Origin: a virus
Lineage: Duplodnaviria > Caudoviricetes
DNA length: 55,740 nucleotides
IMG/VR virus record: IMGVR_UViG_3300005805_000112
Coordinates: 1-55,740 of that record
Direction: 5' to 3' (one strand)
The notes beneath the pieces were generated by a model. That model did no database searches. It was not told the DNA's origin and worked only from the letters and a program-made list of their open reading frames with translations. Both the position numbers and the translations under genes were made by a program. The stretch's first letter is position 1. Each line of letters starts with the position of its first letter. Below are positions 9,271 to 16,927 of the stretch, in pieces.

Positions 9271-9899
9271 TTGAACGTTTGATTCTTTCTCATCTCGTAT
9301 ACAACGAGGAGTATGGAAGAAAGGTCCTGCCATTCTTGAAGGACGAATACTTCAAGGATAGTACGGATAAGATTGTCTATGAGATAGTCGACAACTACAT
9401 CAAAAAGTTTAATGCGTTTCCTACGAAGGAGGCTCTTGTTGTAGAAGCTAACAACCTGACGAACGTCAATGAGGAGCAGTTCAAGAATATGATTGGGTTG
9501 ATTGACACATTGTCAATTGACCCTTCTACGAACATTGATTGGTTGCTTGACCAGACAGAGAAGTTCTGCCAGGACAAAGCAATCTACAATGCAATCATGT
9601 CTTCTATCAAGATTCTAGACAAGAAGGTTGCAGACGTCGGAACAGGATCGATTCCAAAGATCCTTTCTGACGCTCTTGCAGTGTCGTTTGATGCACACAT
9701 TGGTCACGACTTTCTTCAAGACTATGAGGAGCGCTTTGACTTCTATCACACTAAGGAAAAGAGGATCTCGTTCGACCTAGACTACATGAACAAGATCACA
9801 AAGGGTGGACTACCCAACAAGACGCTTAACATTGTTATGGCAGGCTGTGTACACCCAGACACAAAAATACGTGTACGTTTGAAAAAAAGTTGTAAATAA
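9267..9899 (+). CDS. gp41: gp41 replicative helicase N-extein fused to 17-aa N-intein (IntN 9846..9896)
   Basis: T4 gp41 N-domain up to TLNIVMAG (start of Walker A), then [17 protein letters not shown] stop (intein block A). Confidence 0.92.
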   Translation: MIERLILSHLVYNEEYGRKVLPFLKDEYFKDSTDKIVYEIVDNYIKKFNAFPTKEALVVEANNLTNVNEEQFKNMIGLIDTLSIDPSTNIDWLLDQTEKFCQDKAIYNAIMSSIKILDKKVADVGTGSIPKILSDALAVSFDAHIGHDFLQDYEERFDFYHTKEKRISFDLDYMNKITKGGLPNKTLNIVMAGCVHPDTKIRVRLKKSCK

Positions 9900-9953
9900 T
9901 GCCCCTGTACCGGCCACGGTGTGATAAATAAAACACAACCATTGGAGGGTGCT

Positions 9954-10640
9954 ATGAAAAACATATACGAAAGTGCGTACAACACTCTCATTGAAAATTG
10001 CATTAATAGAAGTAAGTTTCCTGGATGCCACAAACATAGAATTACTCCAGGATATAAAGGAGGAAAATACACTAAAGATAATATCTTGTTTGTGACACAA
10101 AGAGAGCATTGTTTACTTCATTTTATTATGTGGAAACTCAATAATGACACGAGAGACAAAAGAGCTTATAAAATGATTGGCATTGGCCCAAGCGGCTTAT
10201 CCGAACAAGATAGAATAGAACACGGCCTCCTAGCTAAACAAAACAAACTAGGAATTCATTCAGCTACAAGCGATCAAAGGCTTCTATGGTCCCTTAAAGG
10301 TATAGAGACACAAAAAAAACAATGTGATGACATGGTAGTAAAAAACTTCTATTATTGGTCTTCTGAGTCTGGAAGAAAAGAAAGAGCCTCTCTTGGCGGC
10401 AAAGCATCATATCCAAACAACATTAAGTTCAAACAACAGATGGGCTCTTTCAAAGATAAACAGTATGCTGCTAAATGTAACTCATTGTCTGCTAAGAAAC
10501 CTGTAACCGACGGTAGAAGTATAATCAAGTTTCGCGACGAGAAACAGCGGGAACAATTTTTGAAGGAGAATGTGACATGGAGAAAGGGCTACCCTACGAA
10601 GAAAGAGAAATCTGTATTGGAGACGTCAAGCGTCTCCTAG
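9954..10640 (+). mobile_element. Free-standing HNH homing endonuclease between split-intein halves
   Basis: HKHRITPGYKGG...DNILFVTQREHCLLH HNH motif; GGAGG RBS; TAAATA motifs at ~9893 and ~9925; AT-rich. Confidence 0.85.
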
Positions 10641-11773
10641 ACGAGGGCTATGGAATAGAGGTTGAATCTCCTGATGGTTGGGTAGGTGTCAATTATTTTA
10701 TTGACAAAGGGATGTATGAAGAATTTGTACTAAAAATGGATAGTGGATCTGTTGTTAGATGTAATGGCGACCATCTGTTTGAAACCACTATTGGTTGGGT
10801 GTCAGCTCGAGAGCTTGCTGGCAGGGGTCAAGTTCATTTGTTAACCAACAACGGTGTTCGGAAGGGAGAAGTGACTTACACTGGAGACATGATACCGATT
10901 GTGGACATTAATGTCGATCATGAAAATCATCGTTACTTTACCAACGGTATTTCTTCACACAATACGGGTGTTGGAAAGTCACTTTTCATGTGTCACTGCG
11001 CTGCCGGCAATCTCATGCAGGGTCTCAACGTACTTTATATCACTATGGAAATGGCGGAAAAACGTATTGCAGAGCGCATTGATGCCAACCTTCTCAACGT
11101 AACAGTCGACGAGCTCACTATGCTTCCTAAGGAAGTATATGAGAAGAAGATTGCAAGGGTGAACGATAAGACGAAGGGTAAGCTGATTATTAAAGAGTAT
11201 CCAACTGCGTGTGCGGGCTCTGGACACTTTAGACATCTGCTGAACGAACTCAAGATTAAGAGGAACTTCGTACCCAACATTATATATGTTGACTACTTGA
11301 ATATTTGCTTGTCGTCTAGGTTAAAAAGTGGTTCGAATATCAACTCATACACTTACGTCAAGGCTATTGCAGAAGAGTTGAGAGGTCTTGCTGTTGAGTT
11401 CGACGTTCCGCTGATTTCAGCAACCCAAACGACTCGTTCTGGCTACACTAACTCAGACGTTGGTCTTGAGGACGTTTCTGAGAGCTTTGGTCTGCCAGCC
11501 ACAGCAGATCTAATGATTGCATTGATCTCGACTGAGGAGCTAGAACAGCTGAATCAGATCATGGTCAAGCAGCTCAAGAACAGGTACAATGATCCTGGCC
11601 TCTATAAGAGGTTTGTCATTGGTGTTGATAGGGCAAAAATGAAGCTATATGACGTAGAACAATCTGCACAAGAAGACATCCTAGACGACACACCGACGTT
11701 TGATAAAACACAGGTAGGCAAGGAAATTTCAGGTCCAAAATCGCTAAAAAACCTGTTTGATGACTTTCGTTGA
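10577..11773 (+). CDS. gp41: C-intein (129 aa, 10577..10963) fused to gp41 helicase C-extein
   Basis: AAGGAG RBS; CNGDHLF (block B-like), VDINV (block F), YFTNGISSHN/T (block G), then TGVGKS completing Walker A; YITMEM, VDYL, SATQ, ESFGLP, LKNRY. Confidence 0.93.
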   Translation: MEKGLPYEEREICIGDVKRLLDEGYGIEVESPDGWVGVNYFIDKGMYEEFVLKMDSGSVVRCNGDHLFETTIGWVSARELAGRGQVHLLTNNGVRKGEVTYTGDMIPIVDINVDHENHRYFTNGISSHNTGVGKSLFMCHCAAGNLMQGLNVLYITMEMAEKRIAERIDANLLNVTVDELTMLPKEVYEKKIARVNDKTKGKLIIKEYPTACAGSGHFRHLLNELKIKRNFVPNIIYVDYLNICLSSRLKSGSNINSYTYVKAIAEELRGLAVEFDVPLISATQTTRSGYTNSDVGLEDVSESFGLPATADLMIALISTEELEQLNQIMVKQLKNRYNDPGLYKRFVIGVDRAKMKLYDVEQSAQEDILDDTPTFDKTQVGKEISGPKSLKNLFDDFR

Positions 11774-11775
11774 AG

Positions 11776-11886
11776 ATAAATATGTCACTAGCATGTGTGT
11801 TTGAGTCTGCAGCTCAAGAGGCAAGTGGCGTAAGCAACGGAATTGACAGGGTATCAAATAGGTGGGGTTCCTCCTGTCTACACATC
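11776..11886 (+). ncRNA. Candidate structured small RNA from a late promoter
   Basis: ATAAATA at 11776; pairings ATGTGT/ACACAT, TTGAG/CTCAA, GACAGG/CCTGTC; followed by terminator. Confidence 0.4.
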
Positions 11887-11890
11887 TATA

Positions 11891-11926
11891 AAGAGGGATG
11901 GGGTCAAACCCATCCCTCTTTTTTTT
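11891..11926 (+). terminator. Rho-independent terminator
   Basis: AAGAGGGATGGG-GTCAAA-CCCATCCCTCTT followed by T-tract. Confidence 0.9.
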
Positions 11927-11975
11927 ATCTTGATTGTGCACTCTAAATAATCTATGAAAGTGCAAGAGGTGAAAC

Positions 11976-12473
11976 TTGATTCTGCACATTGTGAACTCTA
12001 AGGACCATAGGCTGTGCCAGTTGATCAAGCTGGCATCTAACTTTTATGCATCCAAACTATTTCACAAAAACTTAACAAACAACTTAGAAGTGACTGTAGA
12101 ACTATCTGATGGTATTGAGGCAGATGGTTTGTCTACGTGGGAAGATGATTATGTGCGCCCAAGAGAGTTTTCCATTGTCATCAGAAAAGACATAGGGTTG
12201 GAAAAAGAGCAAGCTTACGAGAGGATCTTGTTATCTTTGGCTCACGAGTTTGTTCATGTCAAGCAAATGGCAAAAGGTGAATTGAAGGAAAGGTTTGGTC
12301 GTAATGAGAAGTATGTTCTTTGGAAGAACACTAAGTTCAAGAGTTTGTTTGAAAACGATGATTACTGGGAGCTTCCTTGGGAAATTGAAGCGCACGGTAA
12401 AGAAGACGGCCTTCTCTATAGATTCGTCAAAAAGTACAACCTTTTCAGAGAACTCGGCTACGATAACGAATAG
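11976..12473 (+). CDS. Zincin-like metallopeptidase (HExxH)
   Basis: LAHEFVHVKQ and PWEIEA; CTAAATA at 11943; TTG start with GAGG RBS. Confidence 0.75.
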   Translation: MILHIVNSKDHRLCQLIKLASNFYASKLFHKNLTNNLEVTVELSDGIEADGLSTWEDDYVRPREFSIVIRKDIGLEKEQAYERILLSLAHEFVHVKQMAKGELKERFGRNEKYVLWKNTKFKSLFENDDYWELPWEIEAHGKEDGLLYRFVKKYNLFRELGYDNE

Positions 12474-12617
12474 AATAAATTTAGCCAAGTTTGCGTATTA
12501 CACTTCTGTTCATTTTGACAGAAGCAAGTGGTCATCAAACTACTGGTTCTGTGTTTATTATCAGCTAAGAAAAAAGTACAATAAGCTATGATTACAGATA
12601 ATTCAAAAGGAATAAAC

Positions 12618-13163
12618 ATGAAAACGTTTAACCGATTCTCTACTAAGACAATTCCAGTTCTTGATCTAAAGTATGACATTGATAGCCTGGCTCCAAAGAT
12701 GAGCAGGCAGACTGTTGATGTTCATTATAACATCCTGACGAAGAACTATTCCAAGAAGTATGCAGAAACAGGAGATGAGTTCCAAGAACACGGAATTAGA
12801 CTGCACAATCTTTGGTGGGCAAATCTGACAGATAAACGTGTGGATCCTTCTCCGTTCTTTGTTGATTGGATCGGAGAATCTTACGACTCGTGGAATCATT
12901 TTTTGAAAGAAATTAAAGAAACATCAAGCGTCCTTCAGGGAAATGGATGGGTCGTTTTAATCAAACAAGACAACAAGCCTGCTCTCACACTGATTAAAAA
13001 CCATGAATATACTGAATCTTTATTCAATTCTATAGTTGGAATTTGGGATCTTTGGGAGCATGCATTTATCTATGACTATCCTGGCAAAAGAGACATCTAT
13101 GTTGAAAACGTGTTGAAAATTACAGACTGGCGTACTATTGAAGGTAGGCTAGTTAATAAATAA
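12618..13163 (+). CDS. sod: Fe/Mn superoxide dismutase-like protein (shortened)
   Basis: L.Y..DSLAP.MS..TVDVHY, LHNLWW, QGNGW, DLWEHAF. Confidence 0.8.
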   Translation: MKTFNRFSTKTIPVLDLKYDIDSLAPKMSRQTVDVHYNILTKNYSKKYAETGDEFQEHGIRLHNLWWANLTDKRVDPSPFFVDWIGESYDSWNHFLKEIKETSSVLQGNGWVVLIKQDNKPALTLIKNHEYTESLFNSIVGIWDLWEHAFIYDYPGKRDIYVENVLKITDWRTIEGRLVNK

Positions 13164-13167
13164 CTCT

Positions 13168-13758
13168 ATGGACAAGTTCAAAGAATTCCTCTATGAGAGG
13201 TTTATAAACCTCATGCATGACGATCCTCGCAAGCATCAATATGCTGATGAGGTTCATGGCCTGCTTCAGAAATCCTACTCGAAGATAGGGGGAATTCATG
13301 GATCTGGTTTCAAAGATAAGCACGACATGATTCAAAACATTCCTATGTGGAAGCTCAAGAAGAAAGACAACAAGATTGTCTCTGCAGCTTTCTACAAGGA
13401 CAAGAATGGTCGTAAGTCTGTTGCAGTAGCCTCTGATGGGTCAGATGAAGGCAAGAAGGGTGTTGCTGAAATATTTCGTGATGACCTAACGAGAGGCAGA
13501 TCCTATGGTGAAAAGTCATCTGCTGCCCTCTCTTTTGTCAAGAAAGTAGTTGGCCCAGATGAGCTTAGAAATCATGTGGTTCCATATGAAGAAGTCCACA
13601 AGCATCTAGACAAATCGGATGAAATTAAACGACCCCCTCAGGATGATTCAGAGGTTCAACGTCATCCTGAATTTAAGGATCACTTCTATCAAAGAAAGAT
13701 AGGTGGTACCTGGCATACCAAGTTGATGCTTGGCAAGCCAGGAATGAAACTCAAATAA
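13168..13758 (+). CDS. Hypothetical late protein, possible internal head protein
   Basis: ATAAATA immediately upstream; N-terminus MDKFKEFLYE. Confidence 0.65.
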   Translation: MDKFKEFLYERFINLMHDDPRKHQYADEVHGLLQKSYSKIGGIHGSGFKDKHDMIQNIPMWKLKKKDNKIVSAAFYKDKNGRKSVAVASDGSDEGKKGVAEIFRDDLTRGRSYGEKSSAALSFVKKVVGPDELRNHVVPYEEVHKHLDKSDEIKRPPQDDSEVQRHPEFKDHFYQRKIGGTWHTKLMLGKPGMKLK

Positions 13759-13768
13759 GGAGATTATA

Positions 13769-14320
13769 ATGACTTTTGAACTTAATGGAAAAAACCTTGG
13801 GTGGATTTCATTCATCCTATTTTGTAGCATGGTTCCTCTAAGCAATTATCTTATTTCAAATGTCGGAACTGTGTGTATTCCTAATGGACCTTGCCTCATC
13901 CCTGTTGGCTTTGGTTATGATACTGCTAGTGGTGTTCTTGCGGCTGGCCTTGCATTTGTTCTTCGCGATCTTACTCATCGCTATCTTGGTTTCACATACA
14001 GCATCTACGCTATTTGCATTGGTGCTCTACTTAGTTGGCTATTTTCTCCTCCTGCTCTTGTTATCGCTTCTGTTGTCGCGTTTCTCGTCGCAGAACTGAT
14101 TGACACAGCAGTCTATGCTCCTTTGGTCAAGAAGGGTCTCATCGTTGCAGCTCTTGCATCCAGCGTTGTTGGCATGGCTGTCGACAGCTTCCTGTTCCTC
14201 CAGATTGCATTTGGTAGCCAGAAATACATCGTTGGCCAGCTAATTGCAAAGACATACATGATTGCTCTTGCTGTTCTCGTACTTAAGTTGATCGAGAATA
14301 AACTGCCTAAACCAGAATAA
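13769..14320 (+). CDS. VUT family (YhhQ-like, queuosine precursor) transporter
   Basis: Multi-TM protein; SGVLAAGLAFVLRD, AFLVAELIDTAVY, VDSFLFLQIAFGS. Confidence 0.75.
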   Translation: MTFELNGKNLGWISFILFCSMVPLSNYLISNVGTVCIPNGPCLIPVGFGYDTASGVLAAGLAFVLRDLTHRYLGFTYSIYAICIGALLSWLFSPPALVIASVVAFLVAELIDTAVYAPLVKKGLIVAALASSVVGMAVDSFLFLQIAFGSQKYIVGQLIAKTYMIALAVLVLKLIENKLPKPE

Positions 14321-14343
14321 ATTACAAAATTAATAACAATAAA

Positions 14344-14375
14344 TAGCCTGGAGTTCTTCTCCAGGCTATTTTTTT
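14344..14375 (+). terminator. Rho-independent terminator overlapping late promoter ATAAATA (14339..14345)
   Basis: TAGCCTGGAG-TTCTT-CTCCAGGCTA followed by T-tract. Confidence 0.85.
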
Positions 14376-14386
14376 AGGAGTTTGTT

Positions 14387-15592
14387 GTGCTGTCATTCAA
14401 GTCGTTTCTAATGGAATCTTCCGAGGAAGTTGCATATGCAAAACATCAGGATCACCCAGAAGATAATGCAGTCAAGAGTCAGCATGGATTTGAACATGCT
14501 GTATCTACCCTGCGCTCCGTTCAAAACGGTCTAAAGACAGGATCGTTTGAAGACAGCCACGTCTCAACAAAGCTTGATGGTGCACCAGCAATTGTGTTTG
14601 GCCACCATCCAACGACAGGCAAATTCTTCGTGACGACGAAACATGGTGCGTTTGCCAAGACACCTAAATTTGCATCTTCACATGCTGAAATTGATCAGCA
14701 CTTTGGCCACAGCCCTGGACTTGCACAGAAGATGCACAATGCGTTTGAGCATCTGTCAAAGGTTGCTCCTAGAAAGGGAATGTATCAGGGCGACTTGATG
14801 CATGACCACGGTGATCTGAAACACACTGATCATGAAGTTTCTTTCAAGCCAAATACAATCACCTATCATATTGGCAAGGATACCTCAGAGGGCAAAAAGG
14901 CTGTAAAGTCTAAGGTTGGTATTGCTGTTCATACTGAAATTCATGGCAATCCTGATCAGCCAGAAACAATGAGGGCTGCACCTATTCAAGATCATTCTGT
15001 GTTCAAGCCTCACTCAGACGTTCACATGATTTCACCAGAAACAAAGATCGAAAGAGGTGCTCATCTTTCAAAAGAAGAACATGCTAAGGTTGACGACCAC
15101 ATTAAAAAGGCTCAAGAAATTCACAACAGCCTTTCTTCTACACACCACGATATTATTGATCAGCATACTGATCACATTGAAACATACATTAACAAGACTG
15201 TACGCGCCGGCGATAAGCCAACTACTGCTGGTCTGAGAGAACACATCAAATCAAGAATGTCAAACGAAGTTGACAAAATGAAGTCTGAGAAGGGCAAGGC
15301 CAATAAGACTCAGGCAATGAACAATGCTCTTGCACTCCACGACACACACGAGAAGTCGTTTGCAAAGGCACTTCAGATTCATCACCACATTCAGTCTGCG
15401 AAGAATCTGTTAATAAAGGGTCTGAACACTGCTAATCAAAAGCAAAGCCAAATCAAACAGATAATTGACGGTAATGGAACGGATCCTGAAGGTTATGTCG
15501 TACAGCACAAAAATAGAGTAACCAAATTGGTTAATAGAGGTGAGTTTGCAAAAGCTAACTTCCTCCGTCCAAAGGAATGGCAGCAAAAATGA
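14387..15592 (+). CDS. DUF6267-like protein with ligase-type nucleotidyltransferase motifs
   Basis: TKLDG (KxDG), QGD, EGYVV, KLVNR; N-terminus MLSFKSFLME. Confidence 0.7.
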   Translation: MLSFKSFLMESSEEVAYAKHQDHPEDNAVKSQHGFEHAVSTLRSVQNGLKTGSFEDSHVSTKLDGAPAIVFGHHPTTGKFFVTTKHGAFAKTPKFASSHAEIDQHFGHSPGLAQKMHNAFEHLSKVAPRKGMYQGDLMHDHGDLKHTDHEVSFKPNTITYHIGKDTSEGKKAVKSKVGIAVHTEIHGNPDQPETMRAAPIQDHSVFKPHSDVHMISPETKIERGAHLSKEEHAKVDDHIKKAQEIHNSLSSTHHDIIDQHTDHIETYINKTVRAGDKPTTAGLREHIKSRMSNEVDKMKSEKGKANKTQAMNNALALHDTHEKSFAKALQIHHHIQSAKNLLIKGLNTANQKQSQIKQIIDGNGTDPEGYVVQHKNRVTKLVNRGEFAKANFLRPKEWQQK

Positions 15593-16200
15593 TCAAAGGA
15601 TTTCGCAACTTTATTATTGAGGAAAGTGATCTAAACCCAGTCGTCTTCTCTTATGGAAGAATGAATCCTCCTACTACAGGTCACGGAAAACTTGTAGACA
15701 AGGTAAAGGAAGTTGCAGCTAAACACAAAGCGAAACATGAAATCATTGTTTCGCATTCTCAAGATCCAAAAAAGAACCCTTTGTCACAAGAAGATAAAAT
15801 TAAGCACGCAAAGAGATTCTTTCCAGGCGCCAACATTGTAGGATCAAGCAAAGAAGCTCCTTCACTTATTCATCATGCCAAGCGTCTTTTTCAAGCCGGC
15901 CATAATCATTTAATAATGGTAGCTGGTTCTGATAGAGTTGAAGAATTTAGGAATCTGTTGAACAAATATAATGGAACTCACGATAAGGCTGAGTTCAATT
16001 TTAAGAAAATTGATGTAGTTTCTTCAGGTCAAAGAGATCCAGATGCCGAGGGTGTCGAAGGAATGTCGGCCTCTAAAATGCGCGAACATGCCTCCAATGG
16101 AAATTTCAATGAGTTTAAGAAGGGTGTGCCAGAACACGTCTCAGATAAACACGCCAAGTCCCTGTACGATGACGTCAGAAAGGGACTTGGAGTCAACTAA
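15589..16200 (+). CDS. Cytidylyltransferase-like (HxGH-type) nucleotidyltransferase
   Basis: GRMNPPTTGH, AGSDR, MSASKMR; ATGA-coupled to upstream gene. Confidence 0.85.
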   Translation: MIKGFRNFIIEESDLNPVVFSYGRMNPPTTGHGKLVDKVKEVAAKHKAKHEIIVSHSQDPKKNPLSQEDKIKHAKRFFPGANIVGSSKEAPSLIHHAKRLFQAGHNHLIMVAGSDRVEEFRNLLNKYNGTHDKAEFNFKKIDVVSSGQRDPDAEGVEGMSASKMREHASNGNFNEFKKGVPEHVSDKHAKSLYDDVRKGLGVN

Positions 16201-16233
16201 ATACCCCTGTCACCGCTATTATGGGGGTATACC

Positions 16234-16518
16234 ATGGAAGCAGAATTCTTTAGGCTGGTGGCGGAAGTTGGATTTCCAATTGCATCTTCTATAGCAGGCG
16301 GATACTTTGTTTTTCTTACGCTCAAGTTTATTCTCGCCGGCGTTCAAAGTTCAGTAAAAGGATTAAGTGGGATTATCATGGCTCTTGACAATCGTGTCAA
16401 GACTATGAATCACGACATCGTCAGAATTGACACTTTAATTTCAACAGCACTTCATGTCAGACCTGATACCGACAGGCTTGCAAGAGCAGACGGTAAAAAC
16501 GACGCAAGAAAGGACTGA
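16234..16518 (+). CDS. Small membrane protein, YvrJ-like
   Basis: VAEVGFPIA + one TM helix + coiled tail; CTAAATA at 16197. Confidence 0.65.
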   Translation: MEAEFFRLVAEVGFPIASSIAGGYFVFLTLKFILAGVQSSVKGLSGIIMALDNRVKTMNHDIVRIDTLISTALHVRPDTDRLARADGKNDARKD

Positions 16519-16520
16519 AT

Positions 16521-16781
16521 ATGGATATTGTAACACTAATCAACAAATACGGATTCCCTATCGTCGCTGCTGGCGGTATGGGTTACTTGATCTTCTACGT
16601 TTGGAAATGGGCTACAGCAGAAATCAAACCTGTGTTATCTGAAGCAAACACAGTCCTGATTGCATTGATCGACCGTGTTAGAATGTTGGACAATGATTTG
16701 ATTAGACTGAATCAAAAAATTAACATCGTTCTAATGATGAGGGAGACGCATGCAAGCAAAGACAAGAAGGATACTGAATAG
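16521..16781 (+). CDS. Small membrane protein, YvrJ-like (paralog of 16234)
   Basis: INKYGFPIVAA + TM; LIDRVRMLDNDLIRL parallels ALDNRVKTMNHDIVRI. Confidence 0.65.
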   Translation: MDIVTLINKYGFPIVAAGGMGYLIFYVWKWATAEIKPVLSEANTVLIALIDRVRMLDNDLIRLNQKINIVLMMRETHASKDKKDTE

Positions 16782-16813
16782 CCTTCTACTTATGAACAAG
16801 ATAGAGAAACAAA

Positions 16814-16927
16814 ATGACGTACAACACAACTGACATGATTGTAGCTATGTGGGGGTGTCTAATGATTGGATTTGCTCTAGGACTGATCATAAGTGTTGTT
16901 TTTCAACTACTCAAGTGTTCATTTTGA
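16814..16927 (+). CDS. 37-aa single-TM protein (not in ORF track)
   Basis: MTYNTTDMIVAMWGCLMIGFALGLIISVVFQLLKCSF. Confidence 0.35.
   Translation: MTYNTTDMIVAMWGCLMIGFALGLIISVVFQLLKCSF

Noticed and set aside
9899-10577. Group I intron or sequencing frameshift explaining the broken gp41
   Set aside because: Only ~55 nt noncoding, too short for an intron core; intein motifs on both halves and an independent RBS for the second half
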